A stretch of 64,000 bases of DNA from Lama guanicoe (taxonomy: Eukaryota). The stretch is taken from positions 169,146 to 233,145 of the forward strand of contig MU054400.1 of NCBI GenBank assembly GCA_013239625.1, given 5' to 3'. Position numbers and translations under genes: made by a program. Under the pieces are notes generated by a model that saw nothing but the letters and a program-made list of their open reading frames with translations, searched no databases and was not told the DNA's origin. Positions 24,161 through 36,425 of the stretch are shown here, piece by piece (positions within the stretch are counted from its first letter, which is position 1; each line of letters opens with the position of its first letter).

Positions 24161-25389
24161 TTAAAAGGCCAGGTGAAGCAGTACATGGGTGCCTAACTGG
24201 CAGACACAAATCAGCAGGGCTGGGCTGGGCCTGGGACAGGGTAGGTACTGCAGGCACCAGAGAGGAACATACTTGTTCTCTGCTTGCACAGGGCTCACAT
24301 CTGAGAAGCTGTCAAGAAAAATTTCACTGAAAGGATTTTTTTTTGATTCTGTATAGTGGACTGGATAAATTAAATAGAACATTTAACATTGCATCACTTC
24401 AAATGTTTAACATCCATCCTACTGACATTTATTCTCCTATTTGACAGTTTCATGATTTTTAACTTCTCATGTTCTGCCCATCCTCATAACACAGCTGCCT
24501 TCTAAACTGATAACTTTACCTCAAATGATGTCTTTTGTTTTCCCATAAACACACTCGGGCCTCTCGAAATGCACTAAGTCAATCTTGCTCTTACCATCAG
24601 CCTGGCCATTTTCTCCATCTATAAAAGGAATGAGACAGGTGTCACCAGGTGTCCCATGACATCTTCTAGATCTAGCCTTCCAGGAGTCTAAGTATGTTTT
24701 TCACTTGCTGTGTAGCCTGAGAAAATCTAGAATTCAAGGACACACCTGATTAGTCACTGGGGAAATGAAGTGGTTAAAAAAAGCCACAGCCTGTGCAATA
24801 CTCAGGGAGGGGAAGAGGTGAACCAGGAGAGTGGCAGCAAGCAATGGAAAGAGAAGAACTGAGGGCCAGTCACACCGGACTTCTGCGTGGAGAGTAAACA
24901 TGTGACCGCTGCAGGGGTGTGGAGGGGAGAGAGCCCAGCGTGCAGCAAAAGCAGCCGTCAGAGGATATTCCCACGGTCTCCGAGGGCCACTCACTCTCCT
25001 ACAGTGTCCATGAGACCAAACCACACTAGTGTTCCTCATCATTCATTCATCAGTTTATCCTTCACTTATGCACCAACAAGTATGCTTTGGTCCCCACGAC
25101 TGCCAGGAGTAAGGATGCTCCTAAGAGCCCTGACTTGACTCCTCATTCTGCCTGCCTCTCAAGCTCAGGTTGCATCTCAGTCTCTTATCAGTTTCCCCTT
25201 TCATTTTTTGTTTTGTTTCAAAGACTCTACATCTTCTTGAATTTTATGGAAAAAAATTAAGATGAGATCTAAAATTAGCTTCTTGTGCCTGCAATAACCC
25301 TTCCAGAGAGTACTACCTCCCCACATTTCTCGAACACTTTGTTCCTTCTTTAATATTACAAAGTGCTTCCCAAGTTCACATACGAAGCC

Positions 25390-25985
25390 ACAATGCACAG
25401 CTCTAGGGTTAAGTATGAAAAAAACATTACATGACCATAACTGACTCGGTTTTCCAATCTGAGCAACAAGAACAAAGTTAATAAATGATCAGAGAATTCC
25501 TTCCAAAAAAACCTCCTGGCCCAGATAGTTTTGTGGGTAAGCCTTTCAAAATGTTCAAAAATCACAAGATTCTCATCCCTTGTAAACTGCTTCAAAGATA
25601 AACAACCTTGGTACCAAAACTTAAAACAGCAACTATAAATCAATCTTTAAAAAAATATTTTGGGGGGAAGGAGGTAAGTAGTTTATTTATTTATTTACTT
25701 TTGGAGGGGTCCTGGGGATTGAACTCAGGGCCTCGTGCGTGGTAAGCATGCACTCTACCACTGAGCTATACTCTCCTCTAAATCAATCTTACATATCAAG
25801 ATAGATGTAAAAACCCTGGGTAAAATACCTACAAGTTAAAGAACATATTTAGGAACTTTTCATCATGTCCAAGTAGGATTTCCCCAAGAAATGGGAAGAT
25901 TTTTAACAAAAGAAATATACTATCAACTATACTTTTAAAAAAGTCAACTATACTTATATTAAAAAACAGAAATATACTAATATGA
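25390..25985 (+). mobile_element. Degraded L1M ORF2 fragment interrupted by a SINE
   Basis: 'aaaaacctcctggcccagatagttttgtgggt' and 'atagatgtaaaaaccctgggtaaaatac'. Confidence 0.5.
25648..25778 (-). mobile_element. Camelid tRNA-derived SINE (Vic-1-like) with 12-bp TSD
   Basis: Minus strand: ggagagtatagctcagtggtagagtgcatgc...gaggccctgagttcaatcccca (Pol III A and B boxes) plus (taaa)n tail. TSD taaatcaatctt at 25636-25647 and 25779-25790. Confidence 0.9.
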
Positions 25986-25990
25986 GCATT

Positions 25991-26503
25991 TGTGACAGAC
26001 AGATGGCCACAGATTCTTATGGCACTCCTCCCATTGAGAGGTAGGGCCTGCTGGGCCTCCCCTTGAATCTGGGACAACCCGTGGCCACGTTAACCAGTCT
26101 GGAACAGTGGGTGTGACACTATGGAAGTTGCGGGTTTAGGCTTTGAGAAGTTTTCGTTTTGGTTTCTTGGTGCCCTGAGCCACCTGTAGGAAGTTGGACC
26201 TCCCTGCTGGGGAGTCCACAGAGAGGCTCTGAGACTGCAGGGAGAAGGACCAGGGCCCAGCAGAGCACACCCTCCCAGCTATCCCCACCAAGACGCCGAC
26301 AGCCAGAGAAGCCCTCTGGGACCCTGCAGACCACCCTAGGTACAGCTCCAGACCATCAAGTGACCCCACGTAACGTCATGTGGAGAGAAGAGTCACCTTG
26401 CTGGCCCTGCCCACATTCCTGACCCACAAAATCATGACATCTAATAAAATGTTGGTTGTTTTATTTGGGGTAGTCCATTAAACCACAATAGATAACTGGG
26501 AAA
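25991..26503 (+). mobile_element. MaLR LTR (MLT1H/G-like)
   Basis: 'tgtgacagacagatggccacag...ctcctcccattgagagg...ccccttgaatctggg'; ends 'ttcctgacccacaaaatcatga...caatagataactgg'. Confidence 0.75.
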
Positions 26504-26504
26504 A

Positions 26505-27040
26505 TGGCCCAACAAATATGAACTGACAATTCACAGAAATAAGAAAATACCTAATTTATACACACGAATCTTCAGTCTTGCAAGTAGAGCACAGGGAAAC
26601 TGACACTGCTATACTGTTGTCAAGTGCAGAGTCTGTGCAACCTTTTTGAAAGGTACTTTGGCAATATACACCCAAATATAAAATATACAGGCTCGTGATT
26701 TAGAAAGTTCACTTCTAGGCATTTCCTTCTAAGGAAATAACCCATTAAAGGCACAATGATCCGTGTATAAAGATATTTTCTGCAGAGTTACATATGACAG
26801 AAACATTGATAACAGTCTAAATACTCATCAGCATAGGACTGGTTAAATAAAATACACATTCCTCCAATGGTATTGTATGCAGCTATTAAAAGAGATGCCT
26901 GGAAGATATAAACCAAGTTGGTTACAATGTTTATCTCTGAGACCTAGAATTATGGGGAGACTTTCCCTTTCTGCTTACATTCCCTTCTTCCTCCCCATCG
27001 TATATTACTTTTATAAGAGAATAAAGAGGAAGAATTTAAA
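26505..27040 (+). mobile_element. L1ME-like 3' fragment
   Basis: 'caacctttttgaaaggtactttggcaatata...ttcacttctaggcattt'. Confidence 0.6.
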
Positions 27041-27639
27041 TTTAAAAAAATAAAGATACAGTAATTAAAAGAAGCTCTCCATATGGTTCATTACTGGAAT
27101 TCTGCTCTGGGGCTTGGGACGCACACTTAGAGTAATAGAAACTCCTCATCTGCCTGGCTTGTGTTCTGTGTATATATATTATTTCCTCTTGGGACCATGC
27201 AGGGACCAGTACTTGATAGAAACTAGGATTCAAGTGTTCAGCGTCTGCTATCTTAGCCATCTGCCTCTCAATTTATAAATATCTCTTGGCACACAGAGAT
27301 ATAATTATATGTGTATACATGCCATCTACAGTTAGAATTTGTAAACAGAATAATTTTGCACCTCGTAGGCAGCCCTGGAATTAACAACATAACGTGAAGA
27401 CTTTTCTCTTTACCTAAATTTTGAATCTGTGTCATATTGTTAACCAATGTCCTCACCATCCCACCTCTAGTTCGACTTGCTTTCTCTTTGGGTACCAGTT
27501 CCCCTGTCCCTTACTTCTTTGTCTTCCTTTCCTGTGCTTTATATATGGTGCTCTTGGAGCCACAGCCACTCTTTGTCAACTCCTGTGCTTTCAAATCTCA
27601 TCTCTCTGCTAGTGAGTCCTGCGCTCTCTATTGAGTATC

Positions 27640-27930
27640 TTTAATCCACTTCTAGGAATTTGTCTTACACAAAGATATATATTCAAGAATTCTCATTATA
27701 ACATTATTTATAATAACAGCAAAAATGACTACAAAAGCAGAAAAAAAATCTTATTAGGTGAGTCAAATTATGCCAAGTTTATGTAATGGAACACAATGCA
27801 GCCGTTAAAAATAACTGATATACATTATGGAAAGCTATCCAAGAGGTATTTGGGGGGAAAATAGGATGCAAAGCAATATACACAAGATTATCACATTTGT
27901 GTTTTAAAAAATAAGAAATAATTTACATAC
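27640..27930 (+). mobile_element. L1ME-like 3' fragment
   Basis: 'aatccacttctaggaatttgtc...cattatttataataacagcaaaaa'. Confidence 0.5.
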
Positions 27931-28083
27931 AAACACATTCAGTAAAATTCTACTTTAGTGATACTTAGCACATAAAAAATACAGCAGCCCAAGATGTGAG
28001 TTTCCTTTACTGTGAGGTTAATAAAATGACCCCCGTCTGGAGCTGAGGTCCAGTTTTGAGACCCCAAACTGACCGTGTCCCAA

Positions 28084-28111
28084 CTGCAGTTTGACGCCAC
28101 CTGGTGGCAGT
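28084..28111. promoter_or_regulatory. Near-palindromic CTCF-like motif with upstream CTGCAG module
   Basis: ctgcagtttgacGCCACCTGGTGGCag; the minus strand reads CTGCCACCAGGTGGCGTC, matching the CTCF core. Lies in sequence not recognised as a repeat. Confidence 0.6.
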
Positions 28112-28690
28112 GACCCATTTTGGCTTAGCTATCACTGGTCCGCAGCTTCTAGGACCGTGGTAGTGCTTCCAGAAATCCTCAGATTAACAGGCTCCCACAC
28201 CTAGGGGAGACTGGGCCAGAGAATACTGAGGACAGGGGAACCCATTTTTCACCTGTTTCCTGAGATAGGGTGGCTTGTCGTGTTCCCCTCCTTTCCCAGC
28301 CACCACGTCCCACCTCCTTGCCTGAGAGCCTGGGCTGAGCAACAACGGAAGGTAAATGCTTTGGTGTCAGAATCTGAGCTCCCCTGGGCCTCTCTGCCCC
28401 AGGTTTTCATCACATGGGCTTACATTTACTACGAGCTGTGCTATTTTCTTAACATTCGTATGTCTTTTTAAAACAATAAAATTAGTCCAAAGTTAGGAAA
28501 TTGAAATGGACGCAACAGTGGATGTGAACATACAAGCTATGGTTGAAACCACTTGATTAACAGCAATAAAATATAAAACCCACACAGGACGCCTAACAAA
28601 GCGCTGGCACTGAGGGGGGCAGGGCTGCCCCGGGGGCAGTGAGGAGTCTGACACAACGTTTCCTATAGTCACAACTGGAGGGTCTCAAGC

Positions 28691-28835
28691 TTCTTTGATG
28701 ACTGGTGCTTCAGGAAAGACATCAATCAACCTCACCAAACAAGCTAAAGGAAGCATTTATTGACTCAAAGATCCTCATCCAAAGACTTATGACCCCAACT
28801 TGCCAGTTATCATCTCCATGTGCCACTGGACATGA
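28691..28835 (+). mobile_element. Possible degraded Ty3/gypsy pol (RT connection/RNase H) fragment
   Basis: Manual translation across frameshifts gives W..QERHQSTSPNKLKEAFIDSKIL / YDPNLPVIIS / CATGH. Confidence 0.3.
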
Positions 28836-29160
28836 AGAACCAGGAAGACATGAGGGAACTAGCAGTCTTACCATGATCTAAAAGACACGGAACTGGAAAT
28901 GGAAGTTGAGGAAGATGTCTCAGTGGACCACTCTGAGGTCATGAGCACCTCACCCCACACTTCAGGGTGATACCAACAGGCTGGCCAATCTATTTTCATG
29001 GTCCCCAGTCCATAGCAACTGTGTGAATAACAGAATGTATGAGTAACAATGTATATTGGGATGACTCAGCACAAAGAGGAACATCTACAGGAGATATGGC
29101 TTATAACTCCTATGTCTCTCCAAAATTTGAATCCATTCAGTGGCTTTGGATCTTAAGCCT

Positions 29161-29792
29161 TGCTGAAAGAAATAATCAATAAATAATCTGTAATAGAAAT
29201 TCGAGCCAAAGTAAGGACCATAGCCCAGGAGACACAGATTTAAGAAGCAGTTAAATTGTGTTCCACTGGACTGCAACATGGGGGAGACTTATAAAGGCAA
29301 ACCCCACAAATTACATAAGTTACTTGTCAAGAATTGTAATTGCAGCGGGCAAGAAGTAAGGGTGCTTGTTAAGCAAGGGTAGTTTGGGGGTCTGAAATGA
29401 TTGCACAGTTTCAAGGGGAGACCTTGAGACCATAAGGTTGCATCTGGCAGCCTCTAGCAGCTATTATTTTGAGAATGGCTCATGGTGTCCTTGAGTTTGA
29501 TACAATTCAGAAAATTCAGGTTCTCAATAATGCAGGACTGTGCCTGAAACCACATCCACAATGGCCACCTGGCTCCAAATTGCATGCCTAAACCACAGTT
29601 TACTCCATTTTGATTTTTAAATGAATTCTTTTCTTTAATGGTTAAGGCAGATGTACAATGCGTGCTTGATAGGTCACAAAACAGGCTGTTCAGTTAGCAT
29701 AAACTTAAGCAGAATCGTGTATAAGCAAGCCAAAATGACTTTCCCATACCATAATCTGCGGACATGTCTACCATCAGTCTTCTCATTTCTCG
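29161..29792 (-). mobile_element. ERV1-class solo LTR
   Basis: Starts 'tgctgaaagaaataat' followed by 'gagccaaagtaaggaccatagcccaggagacacag', with reverse TATA 'cttataaagg'; layout of an antisense MER4/41-group LTR. Right end approximate. Confidence 0.6.
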
Positions 29793-31574
29793 TACTTGTA
29801 GAAATAATATTCCCACCTTTTCCTGACTTCTTTGCTTCTTATTCTATTGTGCTTAACAACATACTGAGAACTGCTCCTTTTCCTCATTTCCTTTAGGAAA
29901 TTAATAATATGTGTTAAATCAAATGACTTACAGTTCACGTTTAAAAACTCATCTGTTGGCAATAATCATGCAAGTAACTTTTTAGACAAGGTAGTTTTTT
30001 AGTTTAGTTTTTTAAAGGTGATTAGCATACATACACTATGCACATAGGAATTCAGAGGGAATTCTTTCTGGAATTCTTCTGTTATTTTCTATCATCTTAT
30101 TTGTCACAATTTTTCTTTATTGCAAAATTCCATTTAAAAATATAAGTATCATCCATTAGAATGGTGTAATTAATCCATAAATAGAATTTAGTCTTTCTAA
30201 ATCACTCATGATTGACAAATATTCACAAGTAGGTTGACTGTACTTTGTACGTCATGTTTTATTTCTATGTATGAGAATTGATTTTAAAATTCTCTTATTT
30301 AACTCAGCTTAAAGGTATGTGAAAAACTGTCTTAGCTTCCTAATCTGTAAATTGGATCACTTCCAGATTATTCAGGAAAGCCATCTTCTAAAGCATACAT
30401 ATGCATTACTGATGATTATTTGCATGTATCCCTTGTGTAAATATTTTGGGAAGGCTAACTAATGTACGTATAATGAAAGCAACTTCTATTTTAGATTGAT
30501 AAGCAAGAACTTGTATCTAACTTCATGCATAGTCAGTCTCCCTCACTTTATAAATATATAAATTTTTCTTTTGTTAAGAACAGCAATGAAAATAAGAAAA
30601 AAAACCATGAGATTATAAGTTCAGAAAAAGCTTGCCTGGGCTATTGGACATGATGTATGCAGGAAGATAAAACCCAGGATATTATTAGTGAGGCATGCTG
30701 CTTTGTTTTAAAGATGCGTTCTTTTTTTCCCCCAATATAATAAGAAAGAACTATTAATAGCAACTGACTGTAGGCTGCTAAAGAGTTTTTCGAATTAATG
30801 AATTTTTTTCAGTTACTTAGGATGTGAAGTTTCTTCTGGAATTTCAGAACAATTGGCACATATGGAACTAATCACTGAGTGGCAAACCAATCTGAAATAT
30901 TTTTTTTTAAAGAAATAATAGAGACAAAAATTCTAAGAAAGCCCAAACTCCTGAAACAGTTCACAGGATCACACATGAGGCACACAAAACAAGTATCCTC
31001 CAAGCCTGAGGGATGGAGATGGCTCACCCTAAAGGCAGGTAAATCAGCGCCCCTATGGGAGAAATACTGACGGACAAACGGCAGAATGTCTTTTTTCACT
31101 TAATAAAATAAAATCTACACATCTCCAGATATAATTTGAATCATTGTTTCAACAATAAAGTGCTTATCCCTCTATTTATTTCGTTGTACGCAGCTTGTTT
31201 CTCTTCTACATGCTCGTGTTCTTATTAGCACTGAGATTCCTGCAGGATAGTACACGAGTAGTGATTACCTGGGTGACTGTATTCTTTTCTGCGTCATAGA
31301 AAAAAGTCTAACTGACCCTGTGCGTGACTTCTGATGGATTAGATTTCTATATAGAACCTCTGTCACACACCAGTTTCAGAGCAAGAAATGTAACCAGCAA
31401 GAGGGTCACATTCCTTTATTTTTCCAAATCAAGAAAAACTGAGCTCCCTCTAGGGCCTCATTCTCTAAGAAGTCATTATCAGTCATTTAGGGATGACAGA
31501 AGACCCTCTGGTATGTAAGACCCAGCAAAAAGAAGGAGGACTCCAGCCTGGTCCTTGCAAAGGCCCTGGGGATC

Positions 31575-31830
31575 ATCTGTGCAGCGTTAAGAAGGAGTGC
31601 AGAGCACTGTGAGGGCAAATAGTAGGTTTGGTGAGCCACTCGGCGGGGTACAGGGAAAGCACCCTTGGATCAGTGGCATTTAACCAGAGACCTGAAGTAG
31701 AGTAGGATCTGGCTGGGCGGAGGGTAGGAGAGGAGGGAACAGGCGGCACATTCCAGGAGGAAAGACAGTCATGAGAGAGACCAGGAGGCAAAACAGCCTG
31801 GAACTGAGAGAAGGCCAGGTCCTCTCAGCA
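31575..31830 (-). mobile_element. L2 remnant
   Basis: 'gtggcatttaaccagagacctgaagtagagtaggatctggc...cacattccaggaggaaagacag'. Confidence 0.6.
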
Positions 31831-32232
31831 CATCGAAGCCAACAGCCAGTGTGAACTGAACTCCCAGGGACGACAAAGATACAGGAGACCTGCCTCCTGC
31901 TCTCAAGAAGATCACAACCCAGGCGTGGGGGAGAAACAGGCGAAGGGTTTTAAAGGGGAAAGCAAGCAAAATGCGAGACATGCAGGGAGTCCAAGCAAAC
32001 TGCGGAGGCTTTGGACGGGCAGTGACCGCAAGCTCAGCCAGGAGAAGGGGTTCCCAGGCAGAGGGAAAGCCACAAGCACGTGTAAGGGAAGGCCCACTCG
32101 GGCAGGGAATTTCTTGCGGTCTGAAACGCCAAACAGAGGGTGCCTGCTGCACAGCAGGAATGGAGAGGGAGGCAGGAGCCAGATCCCGAAGAACTGTGTG
32201 CAGAGCTCGAGTCTGAACTACATCCATTAGGT

Positions 32233-32970
32233 CAATGGTTCTCAGCGGAGGTGACACCACCTTCGTGGGGGCGTTCTAGTCTTTGTGTGTGTGGGGGGGG
32301 GTGGTTTGGTTGTTAAAATGATGCGAGAGGATGTGCAACCACTATTTATTTAGTGACAAGAACCAAGGCCCCTGGGCATCCTGAAATGTGAGGGGCGCTC
32401 CCACACAATGAAGAAATGTTCCTTTTCCAGGAGTACGCATGTGGGTCACACACCTGTTTATGGGATCTGGGCCAAGACCCTAACTGTTCTTTTGTATAGA
32501 ACCCCCAATTTGTTGTGGTGATGGTGGTGGAAGTGGTTGTGGTTTTGTTTTAGTATGAAATTTCATATACGAGAATTTTCAGGAATGAAGCTTCCTTATA
32601 AATCAGGAAACTTTGTTTTGTCTAGAACTTTACCAAGAGTTGCCGCCATTCTGGAAAACTTTGTCACCAATGGCAATGCTTCCTGTGGGCTGAGCTGCCA
32701 GTGAGACACAAATGCTCAGCTGTATGAGCTGTATGTGTGGCTGTCACGTCCATGGCGATTGGCACTAGCCCTTGACCACTCCACTGTGTCCTCCCCTCTA
32801 GACATTTGGAAGCATTTGTGATTGAAATGCATACAACTTTATTGTAAGTCATTTTAAGGTATTGCCTTTACATTACAGTAAAGGCAGTAAGCTTAGTTTT
32901 TAAAATGTGTGCGTAGAATGTTTATATTATCTACAAATTTTTTTTCTGAGAAGTAAAGGGTTTGGGAAGA
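32233..32970 (+). mobile_element. MER20B-like hAT-Charlie non-autonomous DNA transposon
   Basis: Starts 'caatggttctcagcggaggtgacacc'; contains 'catcctgaaatgtgaggggcgctcccacacaatgaagaa' and 'agaactttaccaagagttgccgccattctggaaaa'. Confidence 0.7.
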
Positions 32971-33415
32971 TACATATATGTGAGAGAATCATTAGTAGGT
33001 AACAAATGAAGCTATGTGTGTGGATAAAACCAGCCAGAGACCAACCAGAGGCCACAGTACTCCCTGCATGTCTCCCACTTTGCTTACCTATTTAAATCCT
33101 CATTTTCTGTGGGGTTACAGACACCTTTGAGAATCTAAGGGAAGTTATGAGCTCCTTTACCGTGAAAACAAATAAGCCACACATCTCAAACCATTCGCCC
33201 AGTGTCAGTGGTGTACTCAGAGGTCGAGGGAGCCTAAGCTCTGTATATTGCTGGAAACGAGTGTTTCTGGCCATGCTTTCTTCTCAGAGATGAAGAGCTA
33301 TTCTGCGGATTGTATACATTACAGTAAAGAGATTATCTTATCTTCCTAGAAAGAGAATCCCTTTTCCCTATTCACATGAGCAGAGGTATTTTGTTTAAAG
33401 AATAATAATTACAAT

Positions 33416-33916
33416 TGAGCAGGACCCTGTGGAGCATTCCCAGGACAGACACCCCGCCACCCCATGTTTTTCACCTGCCTCTTGTTTCCTTCATCCCAGA
33501 ACTGAAAGCACCATGGGCCGGCAGTGCCCGGTCAGTGGCAAACACTCAGGGCTCTCCCTGAGGCAGAGGTGCTCAGGTGGCTGCTGGACAGGATCCAAGA
33601 GCTGCGACCGGCCAGGGGCCAGTGTGCCAGGGGCAGGACACCCACTTGAGACTGCTGTCGCTTCTGGGGTGCCAAAAATTTATTGAACCAAACTGAGATC
33701 TCTTCCCTTCACCTGGGGGCAGTAGAGTCAATCTACCGGGTTGTAGTGAAGGAAAGTGTAGCATCTATTGCAGGGCGCCAAGCAAGGAGTTAGCTGCTCG
33801 AGCTTCTTACCTGGTGCCCTGCAATATATGCTGTACTTTCCTTCATTACAACCTGGTGTCAATAGATTGGCTTTATATGCCCGTGGGCGAAGGGATCCAA
33901 GTTTGGTTTGGTAACA
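33416..33916 (+). mobile_element. Rearranged ERV1-type LTR: 5' piece plus two inverted copies of the LTR 3' end
   Basis: Starts 'tgagcaggaccctgtgg'; ends 'tgcaatatatgctgtactttccttc...ccaagtttggtttggtaaca'. 33679-33791 is an inverted copy of 33801-33916. Confidence 0.7.
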
Positions 33917-35164
33917 TAACCATCTTGAGTGGGGTTTGGAGGTCTGAATCCTCCTGGGAATGCTTGAGTGGCAGTGGATGGCCATTAGAAGGCTGAATGC
34001 CAATGACCAAAAGCCTACTGTTCACTAATTGGCTATTTTCCATTCAGCGATCCTCAGAAGACCCACTCACCTCTGAACCCTGCAGCCTTTTTACTGTCCA
34101 ACCTCATTGCTGGCTTTGCTCTCTCCTTAGGATTTTTTTCTTCAGGAGGTCCCAAGTGCACCTTGTTAACAATCCTCCGGATGGAAATATCAGATGTATC
34201 TGAATTCCAGCACTGAATACCACTGAGGCTCAATCTGAAATCTTCCCCCCCGTTCCCCCTTCTTTCCCACTGTGCCCTCTACAACCACCAAGATCATAGT
34301 TGTGATTTATTAAAGCATGTATGCCTGTGGAGGCTAGAAAGTTTGGGGAAGATTTATAATGAGGACGTACAAATTTTTGTTTCCTGTCATGTTACATTGC
34401 CAAATATTTTTTCAAGTGAAAAAAAAATTACTGACTAGAAAGTATTCTCCTAAATGATTCAGTTAGCATCAATAAAAATGAACATGATTTGACTGCCCAT
34501 ATACGACTCCAAGTATTGTTAGATGGTTCATTTCTGTTGATTCACATCAATAATTTATAAAAAATCAATGCCAGTACCCCAAACTAAACAAAAACAAATC
34601 AAAATCATCATAACACAAGAAGAAAGAAGGACTTGTGATCTGAGGAGAGGCAGAGAGGGAGGATAGAGACAAATTACAGGTAATAATAGACAATTTAACT
34701 GTGTATCTTTAATCTCCTGAATACAGTTACTCTTTAAATGAAAACTTCAAGTAGCAAAAACATGAGAGAGTCAAATAGACTCTTTCCAACTGAGAACAAG
34801 AAAGTAACCAAGGGAGCTTCTTCCCTCCTGACAAAATAGATGCTAAAACAGCTGACAGTCACAGTGGGGAGAGAAGGGGGTGGATAGGTGATTTGGAACT
34901 ACACAGGCTCCCCTAACTCTCCCGAATCTGATACTTCACTCCCCACCCCAACAACCTGCCCCTGCTAGATGCCCCACAATGGAGAGCTCCTGTTACTCAC
35001 ATAAATAAACGGACTCCTTTAGGCCCACTGGGACAGGGAAGGGAGCTGCCAATCACTCATCCACAGCATCTACTTCTTTCCTTCCAGGAAAAAAAAAATG
35101 AAGAGAAAAAAATAAATTCACTAGGAAGTAAAATAAGCCAGGACCAATATATATCTTTGAAACT

Positions 35165-35280
35165 TGTCATTATCAATTGATTTTCTTCTTGGATGTGTAT
35201 TCCTTTAACCTAGATAATTTAGCATAGAATCTAGGACACAGCAGACGTTCAATAAATATTTGTTGAATATCTGAGTGATA
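35165..35280 (+). mobile_element. L2 3' end
   Basis: 'agcatagaatctaggacacagcagacgttcaataaatatttgttgaat'. Confidence 0.75.
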
Positions 35281-35994
35281 AAAATACATAACTGATATTC
35301 TTAAATTGAGGACATCAAGGTTATTATGTCTCTTCCAATGAATTAAGTGTTTTCTCCTGTCGGGGCAATTCTAACTTGCAGTCACTGCACTTGAGAACAT
35401 GAGGAACTATGTTTATTATCTTTAAAGAAACCAAATCTGCATACAAAACGAACATATATCGGGCACCCAGCAGTCTAAGGCTCTGAGCTTGACCATGATG
35501 GGCCACTACAGAAGCACACGACAAGGTCCTGCCCTCAAGTCACAAGTCTATTTCTCCCCCCTGCTCCAGGGGATGTAAAACATTGACCGAATCAGTGAGG
35601 CAGCTGAGCCCACAGCAAATGCCCTTCCTGTGAGAACATCCTTGGCTGTCTGGCTGTATCACAGGGGACCATGAGCCCAACCACAGGCGACAGCAGGAAG
35701 GACTGAAGGAGCACCAAGTCAGATGAGGAGCTAAGAGAGCCAAACGGAAAGGAGAAATGTGACGTGACAGGGCCGCTGCCCTGCCCTGAGTTAAAGGTTC
35801 ATCCTGCTCTCCAGAGCCTCCATACGATCCATCAGCCATCCACGGAGGCGACTGAGATGTCAGACCAGTTCTGAAAGGGGCAATGTGGCTTTTTAAAACG
35901 GGTTTCTCCTTTTAAAATATTATATAGTATTATTCTGTGTTAAATAATATACTTGTTATTTAATAATTTAATCATACTTATTCAATAATATATT

Positions 35995-36425
35995 CAGCAA
36001 ATGTTACTGAGTACTATTCCATTATTAGTTTATTGCAATTTATCCATTTACCAGTTGATAAACATTTCTAATTTTTGACAAGTATGAATAAAGCCTCTAT
36101 GAATACTTGTGAACAGGTTTTTGTGTGGATATTTATCTTACTTTCTCTTGGGTAAATATCTAGAAGTGGGGTTGCTGGGTCGTATGGTAAGTGCACATTT
36201 AACTTGTTAATAACTGCCAACCTGTTTGCTATACCGCTGGCTCTACCGTTTTACATTCCTACGAGTGACACATGTGAGTTCCCACTGTATCCTCACCGGC
36301 ACCCAGTGTTATCAGTTGCTTCTGTGTTTTTTATTTGATGGGCAACGGTACGTTGTGTGGTTTTAATTTGTATCTCTCTGATGACGAACGATGTTGAGCA
36401 TCTTTTCAAATGTTAAGTGGACAGG
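35995..36425 (-). mobile_element. L1M 3' fragment
   Basis: 'ttctcttgggtaaatatctagaagtggggttgctgggtcgtatggtaag' and 'gatgttgagcatcttttca'. Confidence 0.8.

Noticed and set aside
30048..30076. Three clustered GAATTC palindromes as a heat-shock element
   Set aside because: Spacing does not give three contiguous inverted nGAAn units; likely a degenerate short duplication.
31769..32260. 163-aa ORF and overlapping ORFs
   Set aside because: GC-richer stretch partly overlapping L2 and MER20B remnants; open on both strands with no recognisable homology.
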